Part shown: positions 7,474-17,201 of the stretch, in pieces | How positions within the stretch are numbered: position 1 is the stretch's first letter | Layout of the letters: every line of letters begins with the position of its first letter | Assembly: GCA_016868485.1 (NCBI GenBank) | Contig: VGGT01000002.1 | Span: 1-41,233 of the forward strand | Length of the DNA: 41,233 bases | DNA from: Bacteroidota bacterium | Lineage (GTDB): Bacteria; Bacteroidota; Bacteroidia; UBA7662 | Direction: 5' to 3' | The notes under the pieces: model-generated | Database searches by the model: none | The model's input: only the letters and a program-made list of their open reading frames with translations | Told to the model about the DNA's origin: nothing | Position numbers and translations under genes: made by a program

Positions 7474-9819
7474 ATGACAGAAAACAATCCCGAAATCAAC
7501 CCCATCAACGACAACACCGACGAAAACCGTCCAACAGTCGAATCCGGCCTTGAGTCAACCTCAGCCGAAATCCATCCCGAAACAGAGGAAGTTGCCGCAT
7601 CAGAAGAGCCTGCAGCTGCTGTTGAGGAAGCAACACCCGTGGTAGAGGAGGCTGAAGCAATGGACCATGAGCCTGCAGCTGCTGTTGAGGAAGCAACACC
7701 CGTGGTAGAGGAGGCTGAAGCAATGGACCATGAGCCTGCAGCTGCTGTTGAGGAAGCAACACCCGTGGTGGAGGAGGCTGAAGCAGCGCACCATGAGCCT
7801 GAAGACATTCAGGAAGAGCCCGCTTCAGTTGAAGCAGAAGAGCCCGCTCCAGTTGAAACAGAACTGGAGGAACCCATAGCGGTTCAGCCGAAAGTAGAAG
7901 CGCCAGTTTCCGCTCCAGTTTCCGCTCCTGTTGTGGAGCCTAAGACGGCTAAGAAATCTGCCCCGGTTATAGCACCCCTTCAAGATGACTTCGACTGGGA
8001 GGCCTATTCCGGGAAAAGCCACCACTACCCGACTGAGGAACGTCGTAAGATGGAAGATATGTACTCAGGTACGCTGAGCACGCTCAATGCCAACGAGGTG
8101 GTTCATGCAACCGTTGTTGCTGTAACAGACCGCGACGTCGTATTGAACGTCGGTTTCAAGTCGGATGGGTTGGTTGCCTTATCGGAATTCCGTGATTTGG
8201 GCGAGATCAAACCCGGAATGACCGTGGATGTTTTGGTGGTGAGCCAAGAAGATCAAAACGGTCAATTGCAGTTGTCGCGCAAAGCGGCACGCATGATGAC
8301 CGCTTGGACGACCATCGTGAAAGCGCATGAGGAAGAATTGGTGATCGAGGGTAAGGTGAAGGCACGCACAAAAGGCGGTTTGGTGGTGGATGTCAATGGC
8401 ATAGAAACCTTCTTGCCCGGTTCACAGATTGATGTGAAACCTGTGCGCGACTACGATCAATACGTGGGTAAAACTATGGAGTTTAAAGTGGTTAAGATTA
8501 ATCCGATTCTCCGTAATGCGGTAGTTTCGCATAAGATTTTGATTGAGAGCGACATTGAGGCCCAGAAGGTAGAAATCATGAGCCAAATGGTTCAAGGTCA
8601 GGTACTGGAAGGAACAGTTAAGAACATGACCGACTTCGGTGTATTCGTAGATCTCGGTGGGGTAGACGGCTTGCTGCACATTACCGATATCAGTTGGGGT
8701 CGTGTTTCGCATCCATCAGAGGCGCTCGCACTCGATCAGAAAATTCAAGTGGTTGTGCTTGAGTTCGACAACGAACGCAAGCGCATCAGTTTGGGCATGA
8801 AACAGCTGACTCCGCATCCGTGGCAATCGTTGAGCGATGATGTCATTGCAGGAAGTATTGTAGAGGGTAAAGTGGCTACGGTCGCTGATTATGGCGCCTT
8901 CCTCGAATTGGCTCCAGGTGTTGAGGGTCTGATTCACGTATCAGAAATGAGCTGGAGTCAGCACCTGCGTAATCCATCAGATTTCATGAAGACGGGAGAA
9001 ACGGTGAAAGCGGTTGTACTCAGCATCGACCGCGAAGAGCGCAAGATGTCTTTAGGCATCAAGCAACTCACCCCCGATCCTTGGCAGGACATCACCACCC
9101 GTTTCCCGATTGGAAGCAAGCATATGGGTAAGGTGCGCAACCTCACCAATTTTGGTTTGTTCGTCGAAATAGGAGAGGGTGTAGACGGATTGGTACACAT
9201 CAACGATTTGAGTTGGACGAAGAAAATCAACCACCCAGCCGAATTTACCAAGCGTGATGAGGTGATGGAAGTCGTGGTCTTGGACATCGATACGGCTTCT
9301 CGTCGCCTGAGCTTGGGACATAAGCAGCTGACCGATAATCCATGGGATACCCTGGAGTATGTGTTTGCCGTGGGAACTGTGCACAGGGGCCATATCACCC
9401 AAATCGATGATAAATTGGCTGTAGTGGCGCTGTCTTATGGTGTTGATGGGGTTGTTTACAAAAAAGGACTGGCTACCGAACAGGGCAGGCCACTCTCAGT
9501 CGACATGGACGCCGATTTCAAGGTGACCGAGTTTAACCGTGAGACCCGAAGAATTGTTTTATCGCACTCGGATACTTGGAAAGACATAAAGGAAGCCAGA
9601 AAGGCATCCGAAGACAATGAAGTCGCTCAATATCAAGCCAAGGCAGCAGTTGCGGCTCAGGAAGACAAAGGTTCTCTTAGTGGATCCGGAGTATTAGCCG
9701 GGTTACGCGATCAGATTTTGGAAGACGAAAAGCGTTCCTTGTCGAAGGCTGAAAAGAAACCTGCTTCGAAGAAGAAGGTGGAACCGACGGCAGACGATTC
9801 TGAATCCAATGAAGGTTGA
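7474..9819 (+). CDS. rpsA: 30S ribosomal protein S1 with a ~170-aa acidic repeat-containing N-terminal extension
   Basis: 781 aa with six S1/OB repeats, recognised by recurring G.V......GAFV.L..GV.GL.H.S..SW motifs. A conserved FDWEAY segment begins near residue 173. Upstream is E/A/P/V-rich sequence with three 21-aa repeats. Confidence 0.9.
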   Translation: MTENNPEINPINDNTDENRPTVESGLESTSAEIHPETEEVAASEEPAAAVEEATPVVEEAEAMDHEPAAAVEEATPVVEEAEAMDHEPAAAVEEATPVVEEAEAAHHEPEDIQEEPASVEAEEPAPVETELEEPIAVQPKVEAPVSAPVSAPVVEPKTAKKSAPVIAPLQDDFDWEAYSGKSHHYPTEERRKMEDMYSGTLSTLNANEVVHATVVAVTDRDVVLNVGFKSDGLVALSEFRDLGEIKPGMTVDVLVVSQEDQNGQLQLSRKAARMMTAWTTIVKAHEEELVIEGKVKARTKGGLVVDVNGIETFLPGSQIDVKPVRDYDQYVGKTMEFKVVKINPILRNAVVSHKILIESDIEAQKVEIMSQMVQGQVLEGTVKNMTDFGVFVDLGGVDGLLHITDISWGRVSHPSEALALDQKIQVVVLEFDNERKRISLGMKQLTPHPWQSLSDDVIAGSIVEGKVATVADYGAFLELAPGVEGLIHVSEMSWSQHLRNPSDFMKTGETVKAVVLSIDREERKMSLGIKQLTPDPWQDITTRFPIGSKHMGKVRNLTNFGLFVEIGEGVDGLVHINDLSWTKKINHPAEFTKRDEVMEVVVLDIDTASRRLSLGHKQLTDNPWDTLEYVFAVGTVHRGHITQIDDKLAVVALSYGVDGVVYKKGLATEQGRPLSVDMDADFKVTEFNRETRRIVLSHSDTWKDIKEARKASEDNEVAQYQAKAAVAAQEDKGSLSGSGVLAGLRDQILEDEKRSLSKAEKKPASKKKVEPTADDSESNEG
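7606..7794 (+). repeat. 63-bp x3 in-frame tandem repeat ([21 protein letters not shown]) in the rpsA 5' region
   Basis: Units start at 7606, 7669 and 7732 and are nearly identical. A partial fourth unit (GAGCCTGAAGAC) follows. Confidence 0.92.
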
Positions 9820-9856
9820 TTGCTTTTTTTGATTTTATCTATGTAAAGCTCATATG

Positions 9857-9885
9857 CATCCCACCTCGCGTGGGATGTTTTGTTT
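9857..9885 (+). terminator. Rho-independent terminator after rpsA
   Basis: Perfect 8-bp stem CATCCCAC / GTGGGATG with a 5-nt loop, followed by TTTTGTTT. Lies 38 nt after the rpsA stop. It argues for the later tsaE start. Confidence 0.6.
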
Positions 9886-9901
9886 GAAGTGTTCATTCCA
9901 A

Positions 9902-10369
9902 ATGAAAAATTCAATTCATGGCCGAAGTCAAGTGCCTGATGGATGGGAGCGCATCTACGCACTTGAGGAGGTCGATCAAGTGGCGAATGAGGTATTGCAA
10001 TGGTCGCGAGGAATCAATTTATGGATGCTTGAAGGGCCCATGGGTGCAGGCAAGACAACATTTGTCCGCGCTGTTTGTGCCGCTCTCGACATCCAGGATT
10101 CAGTGAATTCACCTACTTTTGGTATTGTTCAGGAGTATCAGACCAAGAAAGGCCATTCTGTCTTTCATATCGATGGTTATCGACTGGAAAATGAAAGTCA
10201 AATCGAATCTCTGGGAATCGATTCTGTATTGGATGGACATCAACTTTGTTTGATTGAGTGGCCAAGGTTGTTCATTGAGTATGTGCCTTTGAATTATTTG
10301 CGATTGGAATGGGTTATTTTAGAAGGTGAAAATCGAAACTTAAAATTGAGTTATGTCGTTAATGCATGA
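9902..10369 (+). CDS. tsaE: tRNA threonylcarbamoyladenosine biosynthesis ATPase TsaE (YjeE)
   Basis: Walker A motif EGPMGAGKTTFVRA, SPTF.IV.EY, H.D.YRL, and a size of about 155 aa from ATG 9902. The ORF-track start at 9854 lies inside the rpsA terminator hairpin. Confidence 0.8.
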   Translation: MKNSIHGRSQVPDGWERIYALEEVDQVANEVLQWSRGINLWMLEGPMGAGKTTFVRAVCAALDIQDSVNSPTFGIVQEYQTKKGHSVFHIDGYRLENESQIESLGIDSVLDGHQLCLIEWPRLFIEYVPLNYLRLEWVILEGENRNLKLSYVVNA

Positions 10370-11570
10370 ACGTTTATCATCCACCTCTACTGGGGTCAGC
10401 GCCCTCGAACAGCCACTCATGGTAGGTAAATCACATGCGGCGCTGACCATAGGCGTTCCGTGTGAGCGTGGTTTTCAAGAAAATAGAGTTGCCTTGAGTC
10501 CACATGCTGTTCGGAGGTTGGTCAATAATGGCCATACCATTTTGGTGGAAACAGGCGCTGGCGCAGCGAGCTACTACACGGATCATGCCTATTCTGAGGC
10601 CGGTGCCCAGATCACGTCCAATTGTGCGGAGGTATACAAAGCGCCTGTGATCCTTAAAGTAGGTCCGGTGCCCCCAAAAGAACTGCAGTATCTAACAGGC
10701 GGGCAATTTTTATTTGGGGCATTGCATCTGCCCACGATGCAGGAGGATTATCTGAAGGAATTGCTCAAGAAGAGAATTGTCGGTGTAGCCTATGAATACC
10801 TCAGGGATCGTTCCGATGCGCTACCCGTTGTGCGGAGTATGAGCGAGATTGCCGGCAGCTGCTGCATCCTGATTGCAGCTGAGTATTTAAGCCACAGCAG
10901 CGAGGGTGTAGGCAAGCTTTTAGGCGGAATTACGGGCATTCCCCCCAGCCGTGTAGTCATTTTGGGCGCCGGAACAGTGGGCGAGTATGCAGCCCGAACG
11001 GCATTGGGGTTGGGCAGCGAAGTGCGGCTGTTCGACCACAGTGTGAGTAGGCTGCGTCGATTGCAGAATAACCTGGGGCAGCGTGTCTATACCTCCTTGG
11101 TTGAGCCCACAACACTCGCTATGGAACTCAAATTAGCCGATGTGGCTGTGGGTGCTATTCATGCCCCCCTCGGTAGAACGCCCTTGTTGGTGTCCGAAGA
11201 AATGGTACAATCGATGAGGCCTGGGTCGGTCATTATTGATGTAAGCATCGATCAGGGAGGTTGCTTTGAGACTTCAGAAATAACCAACCACACCCATCCT
11301 GTCTTTCGAAAATATGGCGTCACCCACTATTGTGTGCCCAATATTCCCTCACGGGTATCCAATACGGCTTCGGAGGCGCTCAGTAGTATTATGAGTGGTG
11401 TTTTGCTCGATTCTGGCGAGCATGGTGGACTCGAAACGCACCTCTGGCTCGACAGGGGGCTGAGGGCAGGGGTTTACTGCTATCATGGTCAACTCACAAA
11501 CAAATACCTGAGCGAAGTATTCGGCATTGGCTACACCAACCTCGACTTGGTGGCTTCCTCCCGAATGTAA
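10353..11570 (+). CDS. Alanine dehydrogenase / PNT-family NAD-binding dehydrogenase
   Basis: 405 aa. Contains an AlaDH/PNT N-domain (ENRVALSPHAV..L...GH.I.VE.GAG) and a Rossmann motif VVILGAGTVGEYAA. The substrate is not inferable from sequence alone. Confidence 0.75.
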   Translation: MSLMHERLSSTSTGVSALEQPLMVGKSHAALTIGVPCERGFQENRVALSPHAVRRLVNNGHTILVETGAGAASYYTDHAYSEAGAQITSNCAEVYKAPVILKVGPVPPKELQYLTGGQFLFGALHLPTMQEDYLKELLKKRIVGVAYEYLRDRSDALPVVRSMSEIAGSCCILIAAEYLSHSSEGVGKLLGGITGIPPSRVVILGAGTVGEYAARTALGLGSEVRLFDHSVSRLRRLQNNLGQRVYTSLVEPTTLAMELKLADVAVGAIHAPLGRTPLLVSEEMVQSMRPGSVIIDVSIDQGGCFETSEITNHTHPVFRKYGVTHYCVPNIPSRVSNTASEALSSIMSGVLLDSGEHGGLETHLWLDRGLRAGVYCYHGQLTNKYLSEVFGIGYTNLDLVASSRM

Positions 11571-11579
11571 ACCACGGGC

Positions 11580-12716
11580 TTATTTTTTTGGATGCACGCG
11601 TTCTGTACGTGAATCGATCGAACCATCGGCCAGTATGGTCTGTAGTTCATCTCCTGGGCTAACATCAGATAACCTACGCAGTCGCTTAGCCCGATGGATG
11701 GTGATGCTGAAGCCCCGGTCCAAAATCGATTGAGGATGAAGGGCGTTGGCTTGCATTTGCAGTGCCTGAAGTTCAGAAGCAGCCAATTTGATGCGTCCAC
11801 GCATGAGATCACGCAGGCGACTGTCCCATTCGGACAGGATTTGTTTTTCTCGCCGTATTCTAAACTTGGTTTTTTGCTCAGCCAAGAGCATTTGCTCATC
11901 GAGCCATTGACGAATTTCAAATTGATCAGGACTAACCAGCTCAGCGGCAGCAGTCGGTGTTGGTGCCCGCAAATCGGCCACAAAATCGCACAAAGTGAAG
12001 TCGCGTTCATGACCAATGGCTGAAACCACAGGGGTGTTCAGGCCTGCAATGCAGCGCACCAAAGATTCTTCATTGAAATTCCATAGATCTTCTAAACTTC
12101 CCCCTCCGCGGGCCAGAATGATGACCTGAACCAGCGGATCACGGTCTAAAGATTCCAAGGCAGCAATCAGCTCAGTCAGTGCCTCAGCGCCCTGAACCCG
12201 ACTCGGAGCCAACCGAATCTGGGTAGCCGGGAAACGTCGGGCTATGGTCTTGCGTATATCGTGGATGACTGCGCCTTCTGCTGAGGTCACCACGCCCACC
12301 CAGTCGGGGAAACGAGGAATTGGCTTTTTTAGGGATGCATCAAAAAGCCCTTCCGCTTCCAAACGATTTTTTCGACGAATAAACTCACGATAGAGGTCGC
12401 CAACGCCTTCCTCCTCCATACCCGTAACGGTAAATTGATACGATCCCCGAGGCACATACACGCCAATGCCGCCATGGAGTACAACGCGCATGCCCGTATT
12501 GGGAGCGAAATTCAGCCGATCTGCCTGGGCACGCCACATCACGCAAGGCAACTGAGAGTCCGCATCCCGGAGGGTAAAGTAGAGGTGGCCCGACGACTGT
12601 CTGCTGATCTGGGCAATTTCGCCATGCAACCGAACTTGTCGCAAAAATGGTGCGTTTTCGAGCAGGGATTTCACCAACTGGTTGAATTGACTCACCGATA
12701 GGGCCTCTTCCGACAT
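11580..12716 (-). CDS. xseA: Exodeoxyribonuclease VII large subunit
   Basis: ORF 11580..12806 trimmed to ATG 12716 (MSEEALSVSQFNQLVKSLLE...). Has an OB-fold N-terminus (V.GEI......SGH.YFTL.D), the core ...GVVTS..GA...D......RRFP, RGGGS.EDLW.FN.E and SAIGHE.D.T. No xseB is adjacent. Confidence 0.85.
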   Translation of the reverse strand: MSEEALSVSQFNQLVKSLLENAPFLRQVRLHGEIAQISRQSSGHLYFTLRDADSQLPCVMWRAQADRLNFAPNTGMRVVLHGGIGVYVPRGSYQFTVTGMEEEGVGDLYREFIRRKNRLEAEGLFDASLKKPIPRFPDWVGVVTSAEGAVIHDIRKTIARRFPATQIRLAPSRVQGAEALTELIAALESLDRDPLVQVIILARGGGSLEDLWNFNEESLVRCIAGLNTPVVSAIGHERDFTLCDFVADLRAPTPTAAAELVSPDQFEIRQWLDEQMLLAEQKTKFRIRREKQILSEWDSRLRDLMRGRIKLAASELQALQMQANALHPQSILDRGFSITIHRAKRLRRLSDVSPGDELQTILADGSIDSRTERVHPKK

Positions 12717-12767
12717 GTAGTAAAAATAGCAGGCATTCTTCACTTTTAAAACCCTTAATTTTGCCTG

Positions 12768-13934
12768 ATGAGCAGTGCCAACCCCACAGCCGAACAGATT
12801 CTTCAAGCGCTGTCGACTGTAGTCGATCCCGACCTCAAAAAGGACTTGGTGTACTTAAATATGGTGGAAGAGGTCGCAGTCGATTCCAATCGAATCTCAT
12901 TCACTCTTTTGCTCACTACGCCCGCTTGTCCGCTGCGCGATCAGCTGGAATATGATTGTCGCGTTGCCTTAAATCGAGCTTTTCCGGGCGTCCGGGTTGA
13001 CATCAAAATGGACGTGCGTAAATGGGAGCGTAAAGACCAACAGCCACGCCCCGAAGGTTTGGGTTCCGTTATTTTGGTGCTTTCGGGTAAAGGAGGTGTA
13101 GGAAAAAGTACGGTGGCGGCGGGTTTGGCCCGGTCGCTCTCCGATTTGGGCGCACGGGTTGCCTTGCTCGATGCGGATGTACACGGACCAAGTCAACCCA
13201 TAATCTGGCGGATGTTGAACCAAAGGCCAGAAATTGTGCATGAAAAAATGAGGCCCATCGACTGCGGTGGTGTTGCGGTTTTATCGCTCGGCATGTTGGT
13301 AGACCCCAGTCAGCCTTTGGTGTGGCGCGGTCCCATGGCCGGCAACGCACTCAAGCAGTTGGTAACCGATACCGATTGGGGCACAGTCGATTATCTGGTC
13401 ATCGATATGCCGCCAGGCACAGGCGATGTCCACCTCACACTGGCTCAACTGCTGCCCGATTCATATGCTGTTTTGGTCACTACACCGCATGAGCTTGCCC
13501 TCGCTGATGCTCGAAAAGCGGCGGCTATGTGCCAGATGGAATCGATGCGCATCAAACTACTGGGTTTTGTGGAGAACATGAGTTGGTTTTCGCCGGTTCA
13601 TCGTTCGGAGGAGCGTTATTATTTGTTCGGACAAGGAGGGGGTTCGGTTTTGGCTAAAGAATTTGAGGCCCCACTCCTCGCACAGTTTCCCCTGTTGGCG
13701 CGTGAAGGCAGTGGTCCTAATAAGCCAGAAAATCTTAAAAATCTTACAAACCCTGAAAACGAAATGTCGGCCCATCCATCGGATGATGATTTGGCTGTGG
13801 CGGATCCGTTGGAATGGCAAAATTCGCCCTATCGGCCTTATTTTCAAGTGCTATCCTCTTCATTAGCCAGAGCCATTGCCGTGCATCAAGCCAGTACTTC
13901 TGACCTCATGAGCGAAGACCTTCAAACCCGCTGA
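12768..13934 (+). CDS. Mrp/NBP35 (ApbC) Fe-S cluster carrier ATPase with an N-terminal DUF59 domain and a ~70-aa C-terminal tail
   Basis: DUF59-like STVVDPDLKKDLV..NMV, a deviant Walker A SGKGGVGKSTVA, and DMPPGTGD. Confidence 0.88.
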   Translation: MSSANPTAEQILQALSTVVDPDLKKDLVYLNMVEEVAVDSNRISFTLLLTTPACPLRDQLEYDCRVALNRAFPGVRVDIKMDVRKWERKDQQPRPEGLGSVILVLSGKGGVGKSTVAAGLARSLSDLGARVALLDADVHGPSQPIIWRMLNQRPEIVHEKMRPIDCGGVAVLSLGMLVDPSQPLVWRGPMAGNALKQLVTDTDWGTVDYLVIDMPPGTGDVHLTLAQLLPDSYAVLVTTPHELALADARKAAAMCQMESMRIKLLGFVENMSWFSPVHRSEERYYLFGQGGGSVLAKEFEAPLLAQFPLLAREGSGPNKPENLKNLTNPENEMSAHPSDDDLAVADPLEWQNSPYRPYFQVLSSSLARAIAVHQASTSDLMSEDLQTR

Positions 13935-13959
13935 CTTCCCTCGATACCCCACTGCTACC

Positions 13960-14158
13960 CCGCCATTACAACATCATTACTCCGCTATTACAACATCAGT
14001 ACCTTGCCAATACAACACCAGAACCCTGGCAATACAATACCAGAACCCTGCCAATACAACACCAGAACCCCGCCAATACAACACCAGAACCCCGCCATTA
14101 CAACATCATTACTCCGCCAATACAACACGAGTACCCTACCCACAACCAACCTATACCC
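13960..14158 (+). repeat. 22-bp x9 degenerate tandem array filling the mrp-pyrF spacer
   Basis: Two unit subtypes are present. CGCCATTACAACATCATTACTC-like units are 1, 2 and 7. YGCCAATACAACACCAGAACCC-like units are 3-6 and 8. Unit 9 is degenerate. The array ends 1 nt before the pyrF ATG. About 16 G in 199 nt by hand count. Confidence 0.92.
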
Positions 14159-14159
14159 A

Positions 14160-14993
14160 ATGAACCACGCGCATTTATCACATAGAATTCAAGAAAAGCA
14201 AAGTTTTCTGTGTGTGGGGCTGGATACCGATCCGCGTCGTTTGCCCGTAGGCATGCAGGCCAACGAACGAGATGTGCTGCGATTTAACCGGGATATCATT
14301 GAAGCGACACAGGCCTATGCGGTGGCCTATAAAATCAATATTGCATTTTATGAGGCAATGGGCCCGCAGGGTTGGGCCATATTACAGGAAACATTGCAAT
14401 ACATCCCAGAAGGGATCTTCACCATTGCAGATGCCAAAAGAGGCGATATAGGAAATACCGCTGAGCAGTACGCACGCGCTTTTTTTGAGGTGATGAATTT
14501 TGATGCCATCACCCTCAATGCGTATATGGGACGCGATGCCATTACTCCTTTTCTGTCCTACCGCGATAAATGGGCGATTGTTTTGGCCTTAACATCCAAC
14601 CCCGGGGCCGCTGATTTTCAATACCGCACAGATGAGCAGGGCGTCCCGCTGTACCTTTCCATGGCACTGGCTGCTGCAGAATGGGGCAACCCAGATCAAA
14701 TGATGCTTGTGGCTGGAGCCAATCGTACCGCTGAACTGTCTGAACTGAGGACGGCCATACCCCAGCACTTTTTCCTCATTCCCGGTGTTGGGGCACAAGG
14801 AGGGAGTCTAACGGATGTATATACCGCGGCAGCTGCATCAACGGGCCCATGTATGCTGGTGAATGCCTCTCGTTCCATCCTCTTCGCCTCATCCGGGCAA
14901 GATTACGCCATGCGGGCAGGGGAGGAGGCCTCCCGCTTGCAGTCCGAAATGTCGGGCCTTTTAAACTCAGGAACAGCTCCGTATATTGGCTGA
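14160..14993 (+). CDS. pyrF: Orotidine 5'-phosphate decarboxylase (type 2)
   Basis: ORF 14004..14993 trimmed to ATG 14160 (MNHAHLSHRIQEKQSFLCVGLDTD...). The upstream 52 codons are simply the translated repeat array. Motifs: LCVGLDTD, DAKRGDIGNT, PGVGAQGG. Confidence 0.87.
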   Translation: MNHAHLSHRIQEKQSFLCVGLDTDPRRLPVGMQANERDVLRFNRDIIEATQAYAVAYKINIAFYEAMGPQGWAILQETLQYIPEGIFTIADAKRGDIGNTAEQYARAFFEVMNFDAITLNAYMGRDAITPFLSYRDKWAIVLALTSNPGAADFQYRTDEQGVPLYLSMALAAAEWGNPDQMMLVAGANRTAELSELRTAIPQHFFLIPGVGAQGGSLTDVYTAAAASTGPCMLVNASRSILFASSGQDYAMRAGEEASRLQSEMSGLLNSGTAPYIG

Positions 14994-15023
14994 AATTTGC
15001 AGGATTATGAAAACTACAGGTTT

Positions 15024-17138
15024 ATGAAAATTAAGATCATTTTCGCCCTTTGTCTTCTTCCGATGATGAGCATGGCACAAAAATCGCCAGTAGGCGCTAC
15101 CATTCGATACCCCGAAACCCGAAAGTCCAACCAACGCGACACCCTACATGGTGTGGTGGTGGAGGATCCCTACCGATGGCTCGAGGATGATTTATCGGCC
15201 GAAACCGCCGATTGGGTAGACCGTCAAAATAAAGTGACCAACAACTACCTCGCCCAGATCCCATACCGCAACGCCATCAAAGAGCGACTAACCAAGCTCT
15301 GGAACTACGAGAAATATTCGGCACCCTTTGTGCGTGGAGCCTATACCTATTTCTATAAAAATGACGGCCTGCAAAATCAATCGGTGCTTTACCGCCAGGT
15401 TGAAGGAGGAAAACCCGAGGTATTCCTCGATCCCAACCAATTTTCTGCCAGCGGAACGACCTCACTCGCCGGTATTAACTTTACCGAAGACGGTAGTCTG
15501 TGTGCCTATCAGATCAGCGAAGGAGGAAGCGATTGGCGTAAAGTACTCGTGATGGATGTGGAAAGCCGTAAATTGTTGGGCGATACCTTATTCGATGTAA
15601 AATTCAGTGGGTTGTCTTGGAAAGGTAACGAGGGTTTCTATTATTCGAGCTACGATAAGCCACTCGCTGGTTCTGCCCTTTCCGCAAAAACGCAACAACA
15701 CAAACTATACTACCATAAATTGGAAAGCCCCCAAAAATCGGATCAACTGGTGTTTGGAGGAGATCAACAGCCCCGTCGTTACGTTGGTGGATTCGTAACA
15801 GAAGACCAACAGTTTTTGGTGGTAACGGCCGCCAACGCCACTTATGGTAATGAATTGTATGTGCAGCGACTCGGACGCGAAGGGGAAGCCTTGGTGGTCA
15901 TCGCCGACGATATGAAGCATGAACATGATGTCGTGCACAGCGAGGGGGAGTGGATTTATATTCTCACCAATCTCGATGCACCCAACCGCCGTTTGGTGCG
16001 CGCCCGGGCTGAAAGTCCAACCACCGACAGCTGGGAGACCCTCATACCCGAAACCAAATATCCCCTCACTGTTTCGCAAGCTGGGGGGTTCTTCTTCTGT
16101 CAATACCTCCGCGATGCGGTAAGCCAAGTGATTCAATGCGATATGGAGGGTAACCAGATCCGTGAGATTGAATTGCCCAGTATCGGTACAGCCTCGGGTT
16201 TCGATGGGCGCCGCAACGATAAAACCCTCTACTACAGCTTTACCTCCTATATTTTCCCGCCTACCATCTTCCAATATGCCATCAATGAAGGCAAGAGCTC
16301 GGTGTATAAAAAGAGTGGAGTGGATTTTGATCCATCGCTCTATGAAAGCCATCAAGTGTTCTACAACTCCAAGGATGGAACGCGCGTGCCTATGATCATC
16401 ACCCATAAAAAGGGGCTCAAGCGCGACGGAACAAACCCAACCCTGCTTTATGGATATGGGGGATTCAACATTAGTCTCACACCTAGTTTTAGTACGTCCA
16501 ATATTATTTTGCTCGAAAAAGGGGGCATCTATGCGGTGGCCAACCTACGCGGAGGGGGAGAATACGGTGACGCTTGGCATGATGCGGGGACCCAAATGCG
16601 CAAACAAAATGTTTTCGATGACTTTATCGCCGCCGGTGAATTTTTAATCAAGGAGGGCTATACCAACAGCAAGAAATTGGCCATCGCAGGGGGGTCCAAT
16701 GGTGGGTTGCTCGTGGGGGCCTGCATGACCCAACGTCCTGATCTTTTCCGTGTTTGTTTTCCTGCTGTAGGAGTGCTCGATATGTTGCGCTATCACGTGT
16801 TCACCGCCGGCGCAGGCTGGGCCTATGATTACGGCAAAGCCGATGATGGCCCCGATATGTTTCGGTATCTACTTGGTTATTCACCTGTGCACAATGTGAA
16901 GAAGGGAACCGCCTATCCTGCCACCATGATCATGACAGCCGACCATGATGACCGGGTGGTACCCGCGCATAGTTTCAAGTTTGCGGCCGCCCTTCAAGCC
17001 GGTCACACAGGCCCCAATCCGGTCCTGATTCGTATCGAAACCAAAGCAGGGCACGGGGCGGGCAAGCCAACCTCCATGATCATCGACGAGCAGGCCGACA
17101 AATGGTCGTTTATGTTCTTCCAGATGGACGGGAAGTAG
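15024..17138 (+). CDS. Prolyl oligopeptidase (S9A family), secreted or periplasmic
   Basis: Signal peptide MKIKIIFALCLLPMMSMAQ. N-terminal DPYRWLED motif, a beta-propeller region, and a catalytic domain with GGSNGGLL (Ser), ...DHDDRV (Asp) and ...GHG.G (His). Confidence 0.9.
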   Translation: MKIKIIFALCLLPMMSMAQKSPVGATIRYPETRKSNQRDTLHGVVVEDPYRWLEDDLSAETADWVDRQNKVTNNYLAQIPYRNAIKERLTKLWNYEKYSAPFVRGAYTYFYKNDGLQNQSVLYRQVEGGKPEVFLDPNQFSASGTTSLAGINFTEDGSLCAYQISEGGSDWRKVLVMDVESRKLLGDTLFDVKFSGLSWKGNEGFYYSSYDKPLAGSALSAKTQQHKLYYHKLESPQKSDQLVFGGDQQPRRYVGGFVTEDQQFLVVTAANATYGNELYVQRLGREGEALVVIADDMKHEHDVVHSEGEWIYILTNLDAPNRRLVRARAESPTTDSWETLIPETKYPLTVSQAGGFFFCQYLRDAVSQVIQCDMEGNQIREIELPSIGTASGFDGRRNDKTLYYSFTSYIFPPTIFQYAINEGKSSVYKKSGVDFDPSLYESHQVFYNSKDGTRVPMIITHKKGLKRDGTNPTLLYGYGGFNISLTPSFSTSNIILLEKGGIYAVANLRGGGEYGDAWHDAGTQMRKQNVFDDFIAAGEFLIKEGYTNSKKLAIAGGSNGGLLVGACMTQRPDLFRVCFPAVGVLDMLRYHVFTAGAGWAYDYGKADDGPDMFRYLLGYSPVHNVKKGTAYPATMIMTADHDDRVVPAHSFKFAAALQAGHTGPNPVLIRIETKAGHGAGKPTSMIIDEQADKWSFMFFQMDGK

Positions 17139-17201
17139 CGGTCGGCTTGTGTTTCTTGTCACTGTTGCCGTCTTTCCTTTCGCCCAAAGGCCTCATGATC
17201 G

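Noticed and set aside
7467-7808. Minus-strand ORFs (113, 85 and 64 aa) with striking internal repeats, antisense to the rpsA 5' region.
   Set aside because: They are the reverse-frame shadow of the 63-bp x3 repeat in rpsA. They have no independent start context, and the rpsA frame continues into unmistakable S1 domains.
11531-12023. 161-aa (minus strand) and 109-aa (plus strand) ORFs overlapping the xseA 3' half.
   Set aside because: These are out-of-frame or antisense to a gene with clear ExoVII large-subunit motifs. I considered a hidden xseB, but neither sequence resembles the small helical XseB.
13960-14158. The regular 22-bp array looked briefly like a CRISPR array.
   Set aside because: The units are contiguous with no unique spacers. 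They are shorter than typical CRISPR repeats and degenerate, and no cas genes or leader are nearby. It is a minisatellite.
15705-16406. A 233-aa antisense ORF inside the prolyl oligopeptidase gene.
   Set aside because: It is fully embedded opposite a gene with clear S9A motifs. It has no recognisable domain, promoter box or signal, which is consistent with a chance open frame at about 50% GC.
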